A DNA stretch of 64,000 nucleotides from Candidatus Methylomirabilia bacterium (GTDB taxonomy: Bacteria > Methylomirabilota > Methylomirabilia > Rokubacteriales > CSP1-6). The notes beneath the pieces were generated by a model that searched no databases, had not been told where the DNA came from, and was given only the letters and a program-made list of their open reading frames with translations. Of this stretch, positions 46,422 to 55,380 are shown piece after piece (within the stretch, counting starts at the first letter, position 1; every line of letters begins with the position of its first letter). Position numbers and translations under genes: made by a program. The stretch spans positions 11,888 to 75,887 of the forward strand of contig JBGQHJ010000004.1 in the NCBI GenBank assembly GCA_041497895.1. Reading direction: 5' to 3'.

Positions 46422-47783
46422 TCATGCGCTCGGTGGATTCGCGATGAGGCCTTCGCGCATGAGGAGCGCGACCGCTTCGCGCGCCTCCCGCATGGTCCTG
46501 GCCGCGTCGGTGTAGAGCCGCTCCCAGTCCTTCGATAAGACCGCGACACCGTCCTCCTGGGCCGCGACTCCCGCCGCGGCGGCCACCCGGGGAAAGACGT
46601 CCCACTCGTCCATGCGCGGCAGGATGTCCTCGTCGTGGATCGACCGTGACTCGGCGAAGCGCGCCAGCTCCCGGGCGACGCTCCGCGCCATGCCGTCCGT
46701 GATGGCCCGGGTGCGAACGTCGAGAGCGCCCCGGAACAGGCCCGGGAAGACCAGCGAGTTGTTGAGCTGGTTGGGAAAATCGCCCCGCCCCGTCGCGATC
46801 ACGCGGGCGCCCGCCGCCCTGGCCTCCCACGGCCAGATCTCCGGAACCGGATTCGCGCAGGCGAACACGATGGCGTCGCGGGCCATGCCCGCCACCCACT
46901 CGGGCTTGATGATCCCGGGCCCGGAGGCCGAGAACGCCGCGCAGACGTCCGCGCCGCGGAGGGCGTCGGCGATGCCGCCGACCAGGCCGTCGGCGTTGCT
47001 CTCCCGGCACACGCGCCACTTGTCCGGGAAGCGCGCCTGCTCGGCCTCGATATCGTGCCGCCCCCGATGCAGGATGCCCGCTCGGTCGCACGCCACGATG
47101 GCGCCCGGCTCGACGCCGCTGGTGGTGAGCAGGCGATATCCCGCGACGTTCGCCGCCCCGATTCCGACCATCACGATCCGCACCCGGCCCAGGTCCTTGC
47201 CGACAACCTTGAGGGCGTTGAGCAGTCCGGCCAGGAGGCAGGTGGCCGTCCCCTGCTGATCGTCGTGCCAGACGGGAATGCGGAGGTCCCGCCGGAGCGC
47301 GTCGAGCACGCGGAAGCACTTGGGCTGGGCGATGTCCTCCAGGTTGATCGCCCCGAAGGCGGGCTCGATCAGCTTGACCGCGCGCGTCAGCTCGTCGGGA
47401 TCCTTGGTCGCCAGGCAGATCGGCACCGCGTCGACGCCGCCGAGGTACTTGAAGAGCATCGCCTTGCCTTCCATGACCGGCAGGCTGGCCTCGGGGCCGA
47501 TGTCGCCGAGGCCGAGCACTCGCGTGCCGTCGGTCACGATCGCGATCGAGTTGCCCTTGTTGGTGTGGGCGTACACCTGCTCTGGATCGGCCTGGATGGC
47601 CCGGCACGGGGCGGCCACACCGGGCGAGTACCAGATCGCCAGGTCCGACAAGCCACGGATCGCGCACTTCGGCATCACCTGCAGCTTGCCGCGGTAGAAG
47701 GGATGCAGGCGCAGGGCCTCTTCCGCCGGCTTCGCCGCCCGCGCGAGCAGCTCCTCCATCCCGGAAGGCGGCGGCGTCTTCAT
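46422..47783 (-). CDS. NAD(P)-dependent malic enzyme (short type)
   Basis: YSPGVA, TDGTRVLGLGDIG, MEGKAMLFK, INLEDI, HDDQQGT, ANPVPEI, FPNQLNN. Confidence 0.93.
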   Translation of the reverse strand: MKTPPPSGMEELLARAAKPAEEALRLHPFYRGKLQVMPKCAIRGLSDLAIWYSPGVAAPCRAIQADPEQVYAHTNKGNSIAIVTDGTRVLGLGDIGPEASLPVMEGKAMLFKYLGGVDAVPICLATKDPDELTRAVKLIEPAFGAINLEDIAQPKCFRVLDALRRDLRIPVWHDDQQGTATCLLAGLLNALKVVGKDLGRVRIVMVGIGAANVAGYRLLTTSGVEPGAIVACDRAGILHRGRHDIEAEQARFPDKWRVCRESNADGLVGGIADALRGADVCAAFSASGPGIIKPEWVAGMARDAIVFACANPVPEIWPWEARAAGARVIATGRGDFPNQLNNSLVFPGLFRGALDVRTRAITDGMARSVARELARFAESRSIHDEDILPRMDEWDVFPRVAAAAGVAAQEDGVAVLSKDWERLYTDAARTMREAREAVALLMREGLIANPPSA

Positions 47784-47802
47784 GATCACACGCTCCATCG
47801 CC

Positions 47803-47818
47803 TGCAACTCGACTGCCA
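47803..47818 (-). promoter_or_regulatory. sigma54 promoter P11 (malic enzyme)
   Basis: Minus strand TGGCAG-TCGAG-TTGCA. Confidence 0.85.
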
Positions 47819-47859
47819 GGCGAGGCGCCCACGATCACGGACACTTCTGATGCGAGCAT

Positions 47860-47897
47860 GGAGGCACGCGCGCCCCAGCTGGGGCGGTGACTCCCCC
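47860..47897. promoter_or_regulatory. Tandem palindromic enhancer U9 between divergent P11 and P12
   Basis: GGAGG-cacgcgcg-CCCCA gc TGGGG-cggtgact-CCCCC. Confidence 0.78.
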
Positions 47898-47962
47898 GGT
47901 CGAGCTGAGCGTCCCGGTCGCCGGAGGATCGCCTGGTCTGCCCTCGTCAGCACTTGAGCGCC

Positions 47963-47978
47963 AGGCACGGGGTTTGCT
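47963..47978 (+). promoter_or_regulatory. sigma54 promoter P12
   Basis: AGGCAC-GGGGT-TTGCT. Confidence 0.8.
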
Positions 47979-47999
47979 CTCCCTCTGGAGGACGAGATC

Positions 48000-48311
48000 A
48001 TGAGCTATCAATTCACCCGTATCTGGAGCCGGGCCTCGGTCGTCGTCGGGACCGGGGTGATCGTGCTGACCGTGCTCGTCGCGTCGTGGCTCGGCTTCTC
48101 GAGCGAGCCCGAGTTGGAGCGCTTCGCCTCGGCGAGCCGCATCCTGACCGGCCTGATCGTGAGCCTCGCGGGCCTGGTCGTCGGGGGCACCATGATCGTC
48201 GCGGGGCAGCTCGTCTCCGTGCTCCTCGACCAGCGCGAGCTCCTGGTCGAGATCCATCAGGCGCTCACCGCGCAGGCCAACCCGGCCTCGGAGGTGGCCC
48301 GACGGCCCTGA
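48000..48311 (+). CDS. Small two-TM hypothetical membrane protein (copy 1)
   Basis: SD GGAGG; two hydrophobic segments; GGTMIVAGQLVSVLLDQR shared with 49696-50004. Confidence 0.8.
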   Translation: MSYQFTRIWSRASVVVGTGVIVLTVLVASWLGFSSEPELERFASASRILTGLIVSLAGLVVGGTMIVAGQLVSVLLDQRELLVEIHQALTAQANPASEVARRP

Positions 48312-48334
48312 CCCGTCACCGGCTGGCGGGGCTC

Positions 48335-48760
48335 CTATCCTGGGCCGGTACTTTCTGGGGATCCCACGACGGCCCGAATGACGTCGGTGGCCGTGAGGAT
48401 CCCGACCACCCGGCCGGCGTCGGCCACCGGCAGGGCGCCGAGCTTGTGCTCGTGCATGATGCGGGCGGCGTCGCGAATGTCCGCGTCGGGTCCCACGGTT
48501 ATCACGCCCCAGGTCATGATCTCGTTGGTCCTCAGACGGCCGAGGGTCCCGACCAACCGGTCCGGCTCCTCTTGCAGGCACCATCCGAGGATCACCAGCT
48601 GCAGATCATGGTCGGTGACCATCCCGATGAGCCGGCGGTCGCTATCGAGCACCGGGAGATGGCGCACCTGCCGGGAGCGGAGGATGCTCCACGCATCCGC
48701 GATCGTCGCGTCGTGGCCGATCGTGATCACCGGACCGGTCATCAGGTCTGCGACCCGCAT
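48335..48760 (-). CDS. CBS-pair domain protein
   Basis: MRVADLMTGPV, VRHLPV, GMVTDHD, LGALPV. Confidence 0.88.
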   Translation of the reverse strand: MRVADLMTGPVITIGHDATIADAWSILRSRQVRHLPVLDSDRRLIGMVTDHDLQLVILGWCLQEEPDRLVGTLGRLRTNEIMTWGVITVGPDADIRDAARIMHEHKLGALPVADAGRVVGILTATDVIRAVVGSPESTGPG

Positions 48761-48852
48761 CGCTCCTCTTTCACGAGTCTCGCTCCGCACGCTCCTGGAT
48801 CGCGCGGCTCGCCGCCGGTCTCACCTGCCGGCGGCGATCACGCGCCCGGGGG

Positions 48853-49413
48853 TCAGGCCTCGGCGCCCCAGCGACCCGGGAACGAGATCACGCCCTCGTC
48901 GAGCATCCGGACCACCGTCTTCAGGACATCGCCGGCCGCGAGCATGCCGATCACCCGATCGTGCTCCACGACCGGCACGGCCCCGATCTTGTTGGCGTGG
49001 ATGAGCCGCGCGACCTCACGCAGCAAGGCATCCGGCTTCGTGGTGATCACGCCCCAGGTCATCACGTCCTTGACGGTCTGGGTCCGGAGCGCCCGATCCA
49101 GATCCTCGAACGCGTCGCGGAGGGCGGGGCTGAGAACCGTCTGGCGCAGGTCGCGGTCGCTTACGATGCCGACGAGATGCCCGGTGTCGTCCAATACCGG
49201 CGCGTGGCGGATATTCCGGGTCCGCATGGCCTTGACTGCGGCACCGACGAGCATCCCCTCACGGAACGTCACGGCCGGACGGGTCATGACGTCGCGCACC
49301 CGCACGACCCCCTCCGGCCAGCCGGCCTCTTCCAGCTCGCGCCCGGCCCGCCCCGGGCGTTTCGGATTCCTGGTTCGCACGGCTCGGGTGATCGCTCTCT
49401 TCGGATGCTTCAT
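48853..49413 (-). CDS. CBS-pair protein with basic N-terminal extension
   Basis: MKHPKRAITRAVRTRNPKR..., VRDVMTRP, GIVSDRD, IGAVPV. Confidence 0.88.
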   Translation of the reverse strand: MKHPKRAITRAVRTRNPKRPGRAGRELEEAGWPEGVVRVRDVMTRPAVTFREGMLVGAAVKAMRTRNIRHAPVLDDTGHLVGIVSDRDLRQTVLSPALRDAFEDLDRALRTQTVKDVMTWGVITTKPDALLREVARLIHANKIGAVPVVEHDRVIGMLAAGDVLKTVVRMLDEGVISFPGRWGAEA

Positions 49414-49455
49414 GGGAGGTCCTCCTTCCATCGACGCGGTCGAGTTCGTGCGATG

Positions 49456-49471
49456 TGCATCTGCCCTGCCA
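49456..49471 (-). promoter_or_regulatory. sigma54 promoter P13
   Basis: Minus strand TGGCAG-GGCAG-ATGCA; IHF-like ATCCAGGACATTA at 49502-49514. Confidence 0.78.
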
Positions 49472-49548
49472 GGGTCGAGTGGTGGTGATCGATCACCCTC
49501 GATCCAGGACATTAGCCTCCATCCACCGTTGCGCTCCGGCTCGGTACC

Positions 49549-49586
49549 CGGGGCATCGCCGCCTCAGCTGAGGCGGTAATCTCCCG
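49549..49586. promoter_or_regulatory. Tandem palindromic enhancer U10 between divergent P13 and P14
   Basis: CGGGG-catcgccg-CCTCA gc TGAGG-cggtaatc-TCCCG. Confidence 0.82.
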
Positions 49587-49651
49587 CACCGCCGAGGGCT
49601 CGATGCCCCGCTCGAGGTCAGCCCGCGTGCCTTTGCAAGGACTTGAGCGGA

Positions 49652-49667
49652 GGGCACAAAGCTTGCT
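49652..49667 (+). promoter_or_regulatory. sigma54 promoter P14
   Basis: GGGCAC-AAAGC-TTGCT. Confidence 0.82.
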
Positions 49668-49695
49668 CGCTCATACGGCGGTGGAGGAAGAGGCG

Positions 49696-50004
49696 ATGCG
49701 CTATCGATTCACTCGCAGTTGGGGTCAGGCGTCGGTGATGGTCGGCGGGGGCGTGTTCGTAGTCGCCCTGATCCTCGCGTGGTGGCTCGGCTTCTCGAGC
49801 GACGACGGGTTCGAGCGCTTCTCCCCGGCGGTGCGCATCCTGGCCGCCCTGGTCGTGAGCTTGGCTGGGCTCCTGGTGGGGGGGACCATGATCGTGGCGG
49901 GACAGCTCGTCTCCGTGCTGCTCGACCAGCGCGCCCTGCTGGCGCAGATCCGCGAGGTGCTCACGGAGAAGGCCGGCGCGGGCGAGAAGGCCCTCGGTCG
50001 TTGA
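49696..50004 (+). CDS. Small two-TM hypothetical membrane protein (copy 2)
   Basis: MRYRFTRSWGQASV..., clear paralog of 48000-48311. Confidence 0.8.
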   Translation: MRYRFTRSWGQASVMVGGGVFVVALILAWWLGFSSDDGFERFSPAVRILAALVVSLAGLLVGGTMIVAGQLVSVLLDQRALLAQIREVLTEKAGAGEKALGR

Positions 50005-50018
50005 CAGGAGGGAGATCG

Positions 50019-50279
50019 ATGCGCTACACGAGATCGACCGCAGCAGCGCTGATGCTCGCCGCCGCGGCAATATTCGTGGCGGGGTGCGCGACGGGTCGCA
50101 TCGCCTGGGAGAAGGCCGGCATCACCCAGGCGGACCGGGAGCGGGACGAGAACGCGTGTCTCCGGTCCGCCATCACCGCGGATAGCGGTGGCGGGCAGTT
50201 GCTCGCCCCCTACTGCATCGACCGTGAGATCTACACTCGATGCATGGAAGGCCGCGGCTACACCGTTCATTCCCAGTGA
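50019..50279 (+). CDS. Small lipoprotein with extra Cys residues
   Basis: SD AGGAGG; lipobox VAGC; WEKAG...DENAC...YTRCMEGRGY. Confidence 0.75.
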   Translation: MRYTRSTAAALMLAAAAIFVAGCATGRIAWEKAGITQADRERDENACLRSAITADSGGGQLLAPYCIDREIYTRCMEGRGYTVHSQ

Positions 50280-50887
50280 AGCGATTCCTCACCCTGGGGG
50301 TGATCGGCCTGGCTTGCACGCTCGGCTGGGCGCCGGGGGCCGGCGGGGCCGGGTCGGGTCCGACCGAGCAGCTCAAGGGCGCCATCGACCGTGTGCTCCA
50401 GGTCCTGGAGGATCCGGCTCTCAAGGGTGAAGCGCGGGCCGCGGAGCGCCGTCGCGCGCTCAGACAGATCGCCGACGAGATCTTCGACTTCGACGAGACC
50501 GCGCGTCGGGCCATGGCGCAGCACTGGCGGACGCTCACCGAGGCCCAGCGCAAGGAGTTCGTCGAGCTCTTCAGCGATCTGCTGGAGCGCACCTACACGT
50601 CGAAGCTCGAGCTCTACGGCGGGGAGCGGATCCAGTACTCCGCCGCGCGGATCGAGGGCGACTTCGCCACCGTCTCCACCCGGCTCATCACGGAGAAGGG
50701 CACCGAGGTGCCGATCGACTACCGGATGCTCAGGCAGGGAGAGCGATGGCGGATCTACGACGTCAGCATCGAGGGAGTCAGTCTCGTCGCCAACTTTCGT
50801 GGGCAATTCAACAACGTCATCCGCACCTCCTCCTACGACGAGCTCCTCCGGAGGCTGCGGAGCCGGGGCGCGGAGGTCCGGCCGTAG
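50276..50887 (+). CDS. MlaC/Ttg2D-like periplasmic lipid-binding protein
   Basis: FDFDETARRAM..HWR, WRIYDVSIEGVSLVANFRGQF; GTGA overlap. Confidence 0.85.
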   Translation: MKRFLTLGVIGLACTLGWAPGAGGAGSGPTEQLKGAIDRVLQVLEDPALKGEARAAERRRALRQIADEIFDFDETARRAMAQHWRTLTEAQRKEFVELFSDLLERTYTSKLELYGGERIQYSAARIEGDFATVSTRLITEKGTEVPIDYRMLRQGERWRIYDVSIEGVSLVANFRGQFNNVIRTSSYDELLRRLRSRGAEVRP

Positions 50888-50924
50888 GTCACCCGCCAAC
50901 CGGGACCGGCGGGCTCCCGGAGGA

Positions 50925-51479
50925 TCAGGCGGAATGCGACCAGGAGCGGACCCGCCCGACGTCCACGTGGACGAAGTCCGAGTCAGGGTAGTAGCCGACC
51001 CCACCCGCACGGAGTGCCATGGCGGTGTCGCGGACGGCGCGAAGCAGGCGCCCCGGGACCCGGATGTCGATGGCCATGCCCACCACGTGCAGGCTGGTGG
51101 GCGAGACGCCGCTCGTGGTCGACACGAGCGAGGCATTCGTGGCCGGCGACCGGTACCCGGAGATGACCTCGAAGGGCTCGCGGGTGTCGAGCCGGCCATG
51201 GAGCTCGTCCAGCACCGCCAGCAGGCGCCGGTCGATCGGGTGTACCGCGTTGGTGCGATGGTCGCGCAGGAGGCGGTCGATCCGGCTCAGCCCCTCTCCC
51301 AGGTACCGTCCGGCGGCCCAGTAGGTCGCCCGCACGAACTCGCCGGTGTGGAGGCTGCGCAGCGCGAGCACCCGCGTGCCGGCCTCCGCCGCGATGCCCC
51401 GGGTCGGCACGAGCAGGGCGGCCATTCCCGCGACGCCGAGCCGTACGAACCGCCGCCTCGCCCGGTTCCGATCAGTCAT
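50925..51479 (-). CDS. YcbK/MepK (DUF882, peptidase M15) with Tat-like signal
   Basis: RRRF, LHTGE, VISGYRSP, SLHVVGMAIDI, GGVGYYP..FVHVDVG. Confidence 0.88.
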   Translation of the reverse strand: MTDRNRARRRFVRLGVAGMAALLVPTRGIAAEAGTRVLALRSLHTGEFVRATYWAAGRYLGEGLSRIDRLLRDHRTNAVHPIDRRLLAVLDELHGRLDTREPFEVISGYRSPATNASLVSTTSGVSPTSLHVVGMAIDIRVPGRLLRAVRDTAMALRAGGVGYYPDSDFVHVDVGRVRSWSHSA

Positions 51480-53136
51480 CTCGCCCACTCCGATCCCCCT
51501 CGGCCAGCGCGGCGGCCAGCCGCCGGTCACGCCCGTAGACGTCCGCCCGGAACTGAACCGACCCGTCCGGCTCCACGAATGCCGTCCAGTACAGTATGTA
51601 CACGGGTAGCGGCCGGGTGAGGGAAATTCGCTGCGTCTCGCCGGCGTCCAGGGCGTCGTCGAGGCGCCGCCGGGTCCATCCCTGCGCCTCGTCCTCGAGC
51701 ACGTGGACGGCCAGGTCATCGGCCCGCTCCACCCGGATGCACCCATGGCTGGCCGTCCGCACCGGCCGCGCGAACAGTGCCCGGGTCGGCGTGTCGTGCA
51801 GGTACACGTCGAAGCGGTTCGGGATGTCGAGCTTGATGCGGCCCAGTGGGTTGTCGGGCCCGGGCTGCTGCTGCAGCCGGAACGGGAAGCGATCCGCGGG
51901 GATCGCGGCCCAGTCGATCGCGAGCCCGAACGGATCGCTCTCGCGCCGCTCCAGCACCACGATGTCGTTCTCGGCCAGATAGCGACGATTCTCGCGAAGC
52001 CGGGGCAGGACCTCCTCGACCGCGATGGAGGTCGGCACGTTCCAGCGCGGGTGGAGAACGATCGCGTCCACCCAGGCCTGTACCACCGGCGTCGGATGCC
52101 GGAGATCGCCGACCACGACCCGCGAGGTCAGCACCGGGCGCCCGTCCACGACGACGTGGAGGCGCGCGTCGGGCACGTTGACCACGACGTGGTGGCGCCC
52201 GAGCTCCCGCGGCAGCCAGCGCCACCGCTCCAGGTTCACGACGATCTGCCGGATGCGGTCGGTCACCGGGACGTTCAGGGCCTCGACGGTCGCGGGACCC
52301 ACGATCCCGTCGACGGCGAGCCCGTGGCGCGCCTGGAAGCGGCGCACGGCCTCGGCGAGCAGGTCATCGTAACGGACGTCGGCCCGGTGCGACACCAGCT
52401 CGTCCTCGGCCGCGAGGCGCGCCCGCAGCGCGGCGACCCGGCGCTCCTCGTCCCCCGGCTTCAGCAAGGCACCCGGCGGCATCGGCGGCCACCCGCCCCG
52501 CGCCGCGAGCGCGCGGTAGCGTCCGAGCGCCGCGACGAGCGCGCGGTAGTCCGGCGCCGGCGGCGGCAGCGACGCCAGCGCGGCCGCGAAGCTCCCCGGC
52601 TCGCGCAGCGACTGGGTCAACGCCGAGACCGCGTCGAAGCGGGGCGCGACGATCGCCCAGTCCGGCTCCGTGTATCCGGGGATCCGACGGCCGGCACGAA
52701 TCTCGGTCGCGTAGCGCACGAACGCGTCCGTCAGCAGCAGCTCGACCTCGATCGCGTCGCGTGCGCTCCCGCTCGACCGGCGCGCCCGGATCGCCTCGAG
52801 GTGATAGCGCCCCGGCTCGAGTCCATGGGTTTCCGCGCTCGCCAGCGCCTCGACGAGCAGCGCGCCGCGCTCGCGCCCGCCGCCGCCCGGGCCCCACGCG
52901 GGCGCGAAGTCGCGGGCCCGATAGAACCGCCCGAGCGCGCGCGCATCGAGTGTTGTCCCTGCGATGCGCAGGCCGTCCGGACTCGCCAGGAGACGTTGGA
53001 TGTCGCTCCGGCTCACCGTTCCGGGGTCCGGCTCCGCCCCGAGTGCCGCGCTCGCGATGCAGAGCAGCCCGGTCGCGGCGATCACCACCCCACCGGCGCG
53101 CGCCCAGGCGGCGATCCGCCCGGCCGTGCAGGTCAT
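51472..53136 (-). CDS. L,D-transpeptidase YcbB/LdtD
   Basis: FQARHGLAVDGIVG (PG-binding), NLERWRW, YLHDTP...SHGCIRV. Confidence 0.9.
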   Translation of the reverse strand: MTCTAGRIAAWARAGGVVIAATGLLCIASAALGAEPDPGTVSRSDIQRLLASPDGLRIAGTTLDARALGRFYRARDFAPAWGPGGGGRERGALLVEALASAETHGLEPGRYHLEAIRARRSSGSARDAIEVELLLTDAFVRYATEIRAGRRIPGYTEPDWAIVAPRFDAVSALTQSLREPGSFAAALASLPPPAPDYRALVAALGRYRALAARGGWPPMPPGALLKPGDEERRVAALRARLAAEDELVSHRADVRYDDLLAEAVRRFQARHGLAVDGIVGPATVEALNVPVTDRIRQIVVNLERWRWLPRELGRHHVVVNVPDARLHVVVDGRPVLTSRVVVGDLRHPTPVVQAWVDAIVLHPRWNVPTSIAVEEVLPRLRENRRYLAENDIVVLERRESDPFGLAIDWAAIPADRFPFRLQQQPGPDNPLGRIKLDIPNRFDVYLHDTPTRALFARPVRTASHGCIRVERADDLAVHVLEDEAQGWTRRRLDDALDAGETQRISLTRPLPVYILYWTAFVEPDGSVQFRADVYGRDRRLAAALAEGDRSGRDD

Positions 53137-54476
53137 CGCGCGGCGGCTCGACCGGTGGCGCAGCGCGCCAGGAACGCGTCGACGAGGGAGCCGAGCGTGG
53201 GCTCCCCGGCGTCGGCGAACTCGTACCGCGCGCGCACCACCGGCTTCTTGAGCGCGAGCAGCGCGGCCAGGTCGAGCGGGGTGGCCGCCACCACGACGTC
53301 CGCGGCCGCGCGATCGATGGTCTCGCGCAGCCCCTGCAGCTGATCGGCGTCGTACCCGACGGCGGGCAGCACGGCGCCGATGTGCGGATACCGGGCGAAG
53401 ATCTCCCGCACCCCCGGCGTCGCGGAATCGCGCGGGTCGACGATGGCCGCGGCGCCGCCGCGTGTGGCCGCGACATAACCCGCCCCGTAGGACATGCCCC
53501 CGTGGGTGAGGGTGGGCCCGTCCTCCACCACCAGGACCCGCCGGCCCCGGACCGCCCCGGGGTCGTCCAGCCGGACCGGCGAGGCCGCCTTCACGATGAC
53601 GGCGCGCGGATTCAGGGCCCGGACCTCGTCGACGACCGCCTGCACGTTGCCGGCCGACGCGGCGTCCACCTTGTTGACCACGACCACGTCCGCCATGCGC
53701 AGCACCGCCTCGCCGGGATGGTAGCCGTCGGCCTGTCCGGGCCGCAGCGCGTCGGCCATGACGATGTGGAGATCCGGCTTCACGAGCGGGAAGTCGTTGT
53801 TGCCTCCGTCCCACACGATCAGGTCGGCCTCCTTCTGGGCCTGCCCGACGATCGCGGCGTAGTCCACTCCCGCGAAGACGACGTGCCCCGCGGCCAGGTG
53901 CGGCTCGTACTCCTCGCGCTCCTCCGCGGTACAGCGCGCGGTGTCCAGGTCGGCCCGCTGCGCGAACCGCTGCACCCGCTGGCGCTCGAGATCGCCGTAC
54001 GGCATCGGGTGCCGGAGCACCGCGACCCGGTGGCCGTGCTCCCGGAGCCGTCGGCCGAGCCACCGCGCGGTCTGCGACTTGCCGCACCCGGTCCGGATCG
54101 CCGAGATGGCGATGACCGGGACGCGCGCCGGCAGCATGGTGCGAACGGGCCCGAGCAGCGCGAAGTCCGCTCCCGCGGCCAGCGCCCGCGAGGCCAGATG
54201 CATCACCGCCGCGTGCGGGACGTCGCTGTACGCGAAGACGACCCCGTCCACCCGCTCGCGCCGGCAGATCGCCTCGAGATCAGCCTCGGCCTCGATCGGG
54301 ATGCCGTTCGGATATCGCGGGCCGGCCAGCGAGGCGGGGTAGCGGCGATCGCTGAGCCGCGGGATCTGGGCCTGGGTGAACGCCACCACGTGGATGCCCG
54401 GGTCGTCGCGATAGACCACGTTGAAGTTGTGGAAGTCGCGGCCCGCCGCCCCCAGGATCACGATGCGCGTGGACAT
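53133..54476 (-). CDS. Cyclic 2,3-diphosphoglycerate synthetase-like P-loop protein
   Basis: GAAGRDFHNFN, RTGCGKSQT, RHPMPYG, EEREEYE, WDGGNND, EDGPTLTHGGM. Confidence 0.8.
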   Translation of the reverse strand: MSTRIVILGAAGRDFHNFNVVYRDDPGIHVVAFTQAQIPRLSDRRYPASLAGPRYPNGIPIEAEADLEAICRRERVDGVVFAYSDVPHAAVMHLASRALAAGADFALLGPVRTMLPARVPVIAISAIRTGCGKSQTARWLGRRLREHGHRVAVLRHPMPYGDLERQRVQRFAQRADLDTARCTAEEREEYEPHLAAGHVVFAGVDYAAIVGQAQKEADLIVWDGGNNDFPLVKPDLHIVMADALRPGQADGYHPGEAVLRMADVVVVNKVDAASAGNVQAVVDEVRALNPRAVIVKAASPVRLDDPGAVRGRRVLVVEDGPTLTHGGMSYGAGYVAATRGGAAAIVDPRDSATPGVREIFARYPHIGAVLPAVGYDADQLQGLRETIDRAAADVVVAATPLDLAALLALKKPVVRARYEFADAGEPTLGSLVDAFLARCATGRAAAR

Positions 54477-54479
54477 GCC

Positions 54480-54929
54480 TCACCAGAGGAGAAGATCGCT
54501 CTCGACGTCGACGCCGTGCACCTGCCTGAAGGCGGCCAGCACGTCCCGCTCGGTCAGGATGCCCACGAGCCGCGCATCCGCCACCACCGGCAGGCTGCCG
54601 ATCCGCCGCTGGAACATCGTGAGCGCCGCCTGGGCCACGGGGGTATCCGCGGTCGTCGTCACGACCGACCAGGTCATCACGTCCCGCACCCGCGGCGCCT
54701 TGGCCCGATGGGCCGGGCAGCCGGTCTGCTCGCCCAGCATCGGCACGAAGGCCGCGTGTCGCAGGTCGCGATCCGTCAGCATCCCCAGCACGTGCTCGGC
54801 CTCGTCGACGACCGGGAGATGTCGGATCCCCTGGGTCCGCATCAGCTCGGCCGCCTGCTTCACGGGCGTGTCGAGATTGACCACCGTCGGGTGCTTCGTC
54901 ATCACGTCGCTGACTTTCATGGCGATCAC
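54480..54929 (-). CDS. CBS-pair domain protein
   Basis: MKVSDVMTKHP, IRHLPVV, GMLTDRD, IGSLPV; start is 54929 (GTG) or 54920. Confidence 0.9.
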   Translation of the reverse strand: MIAMKVSDVMTKHPTVVNLDTPVKQAAELMRTQGIRHLPVVDEAEHVLGMLTDRDLRHAAFVPMLGEQTGCPAHRAKAPRVRDVMTWSVVTTTADTPVAQAALTMFQRRIGSLPVVADARLVGILTERDVLAAFRQVHGVDVESDLLLW

Positions 54930-55228
54930 GCGTGCGCTTTCTCGGGCACGGGCTCGGGGTTCAGGATGGCGCGCAGCTCCTTCCCCATCCTGAAGAACGG
55001 GGCGTTCCGGGCCGGAACCTCGACGATCGCACCGGTCTTCGGGTTCAGCCCCGTGCGGGGACGGCGCTGGCGAATCCCGAGCGTGCCCAGCCCGCGCAGC
55101 TCCACGCGCTCACCCTTGATCAGCGCCTGGACGATCCGTTCGAACACCGCGGTCACGACGGTCTCGCTCTCCTCGGGCGTGAGGCCGGCGACGCGGGCCA
55201 CTTCCTCGATCAGGTCGCTCTTGTTCAT
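54926..55228 (-). CDS. Integration host factor beta-like / HU family DNA-binding protein
   Basis: MNKSDLIEEV, GERVELRGLG, NPKTG, GKELR. Confidence 0.9.
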   Translation of the reverse strand: MNKSDLIEEVARVAGLTPEESETVVTAVFERIVQALIKGERVELRGLGTLGIRQRRPRTGLNPKTGAIVEVPARNAPFFRMGKELRAILNPEPVPEKAHA

Positions 55229-55254
55229 GGTCACCCCCCTTCAGGTTGCAGGGT

Positions 55255-55270
55255 TGCAACTGCGCTGCCA
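55255..55270 (-). promoter_or_regulatory. sigma54 promoter P15 (IHF-CBS-cDPGS-like-ldt-mepK)
   Basis: Minus strand TGGCAG-CGCAG-TTGCA; IHF-like TCCCGGATGCTTA at 55298-55310. Confidence 0.85.
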
Positions 55271-55334
55271 TGCTGGGCCCGGCCGAAAGGCCCGCGATCC
55301 CGGATGCTTACACGGCACCGAGCCCGGGCACCGA

Positions 55335-55372
55335 TGGGGCGCTCCCTCCCCAGCTGGGGCGAGCGCTCCCCT
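55335..55372. promoter_or_regulatory. Tandem palindromic enhancer U11
   Basis: TGGGG-cgctccct-CCCCA gc TGGGG-cgagcgct-CCCCT. Confidence 0.85.
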
Positions 55373-55380
55373 TGGACCGG

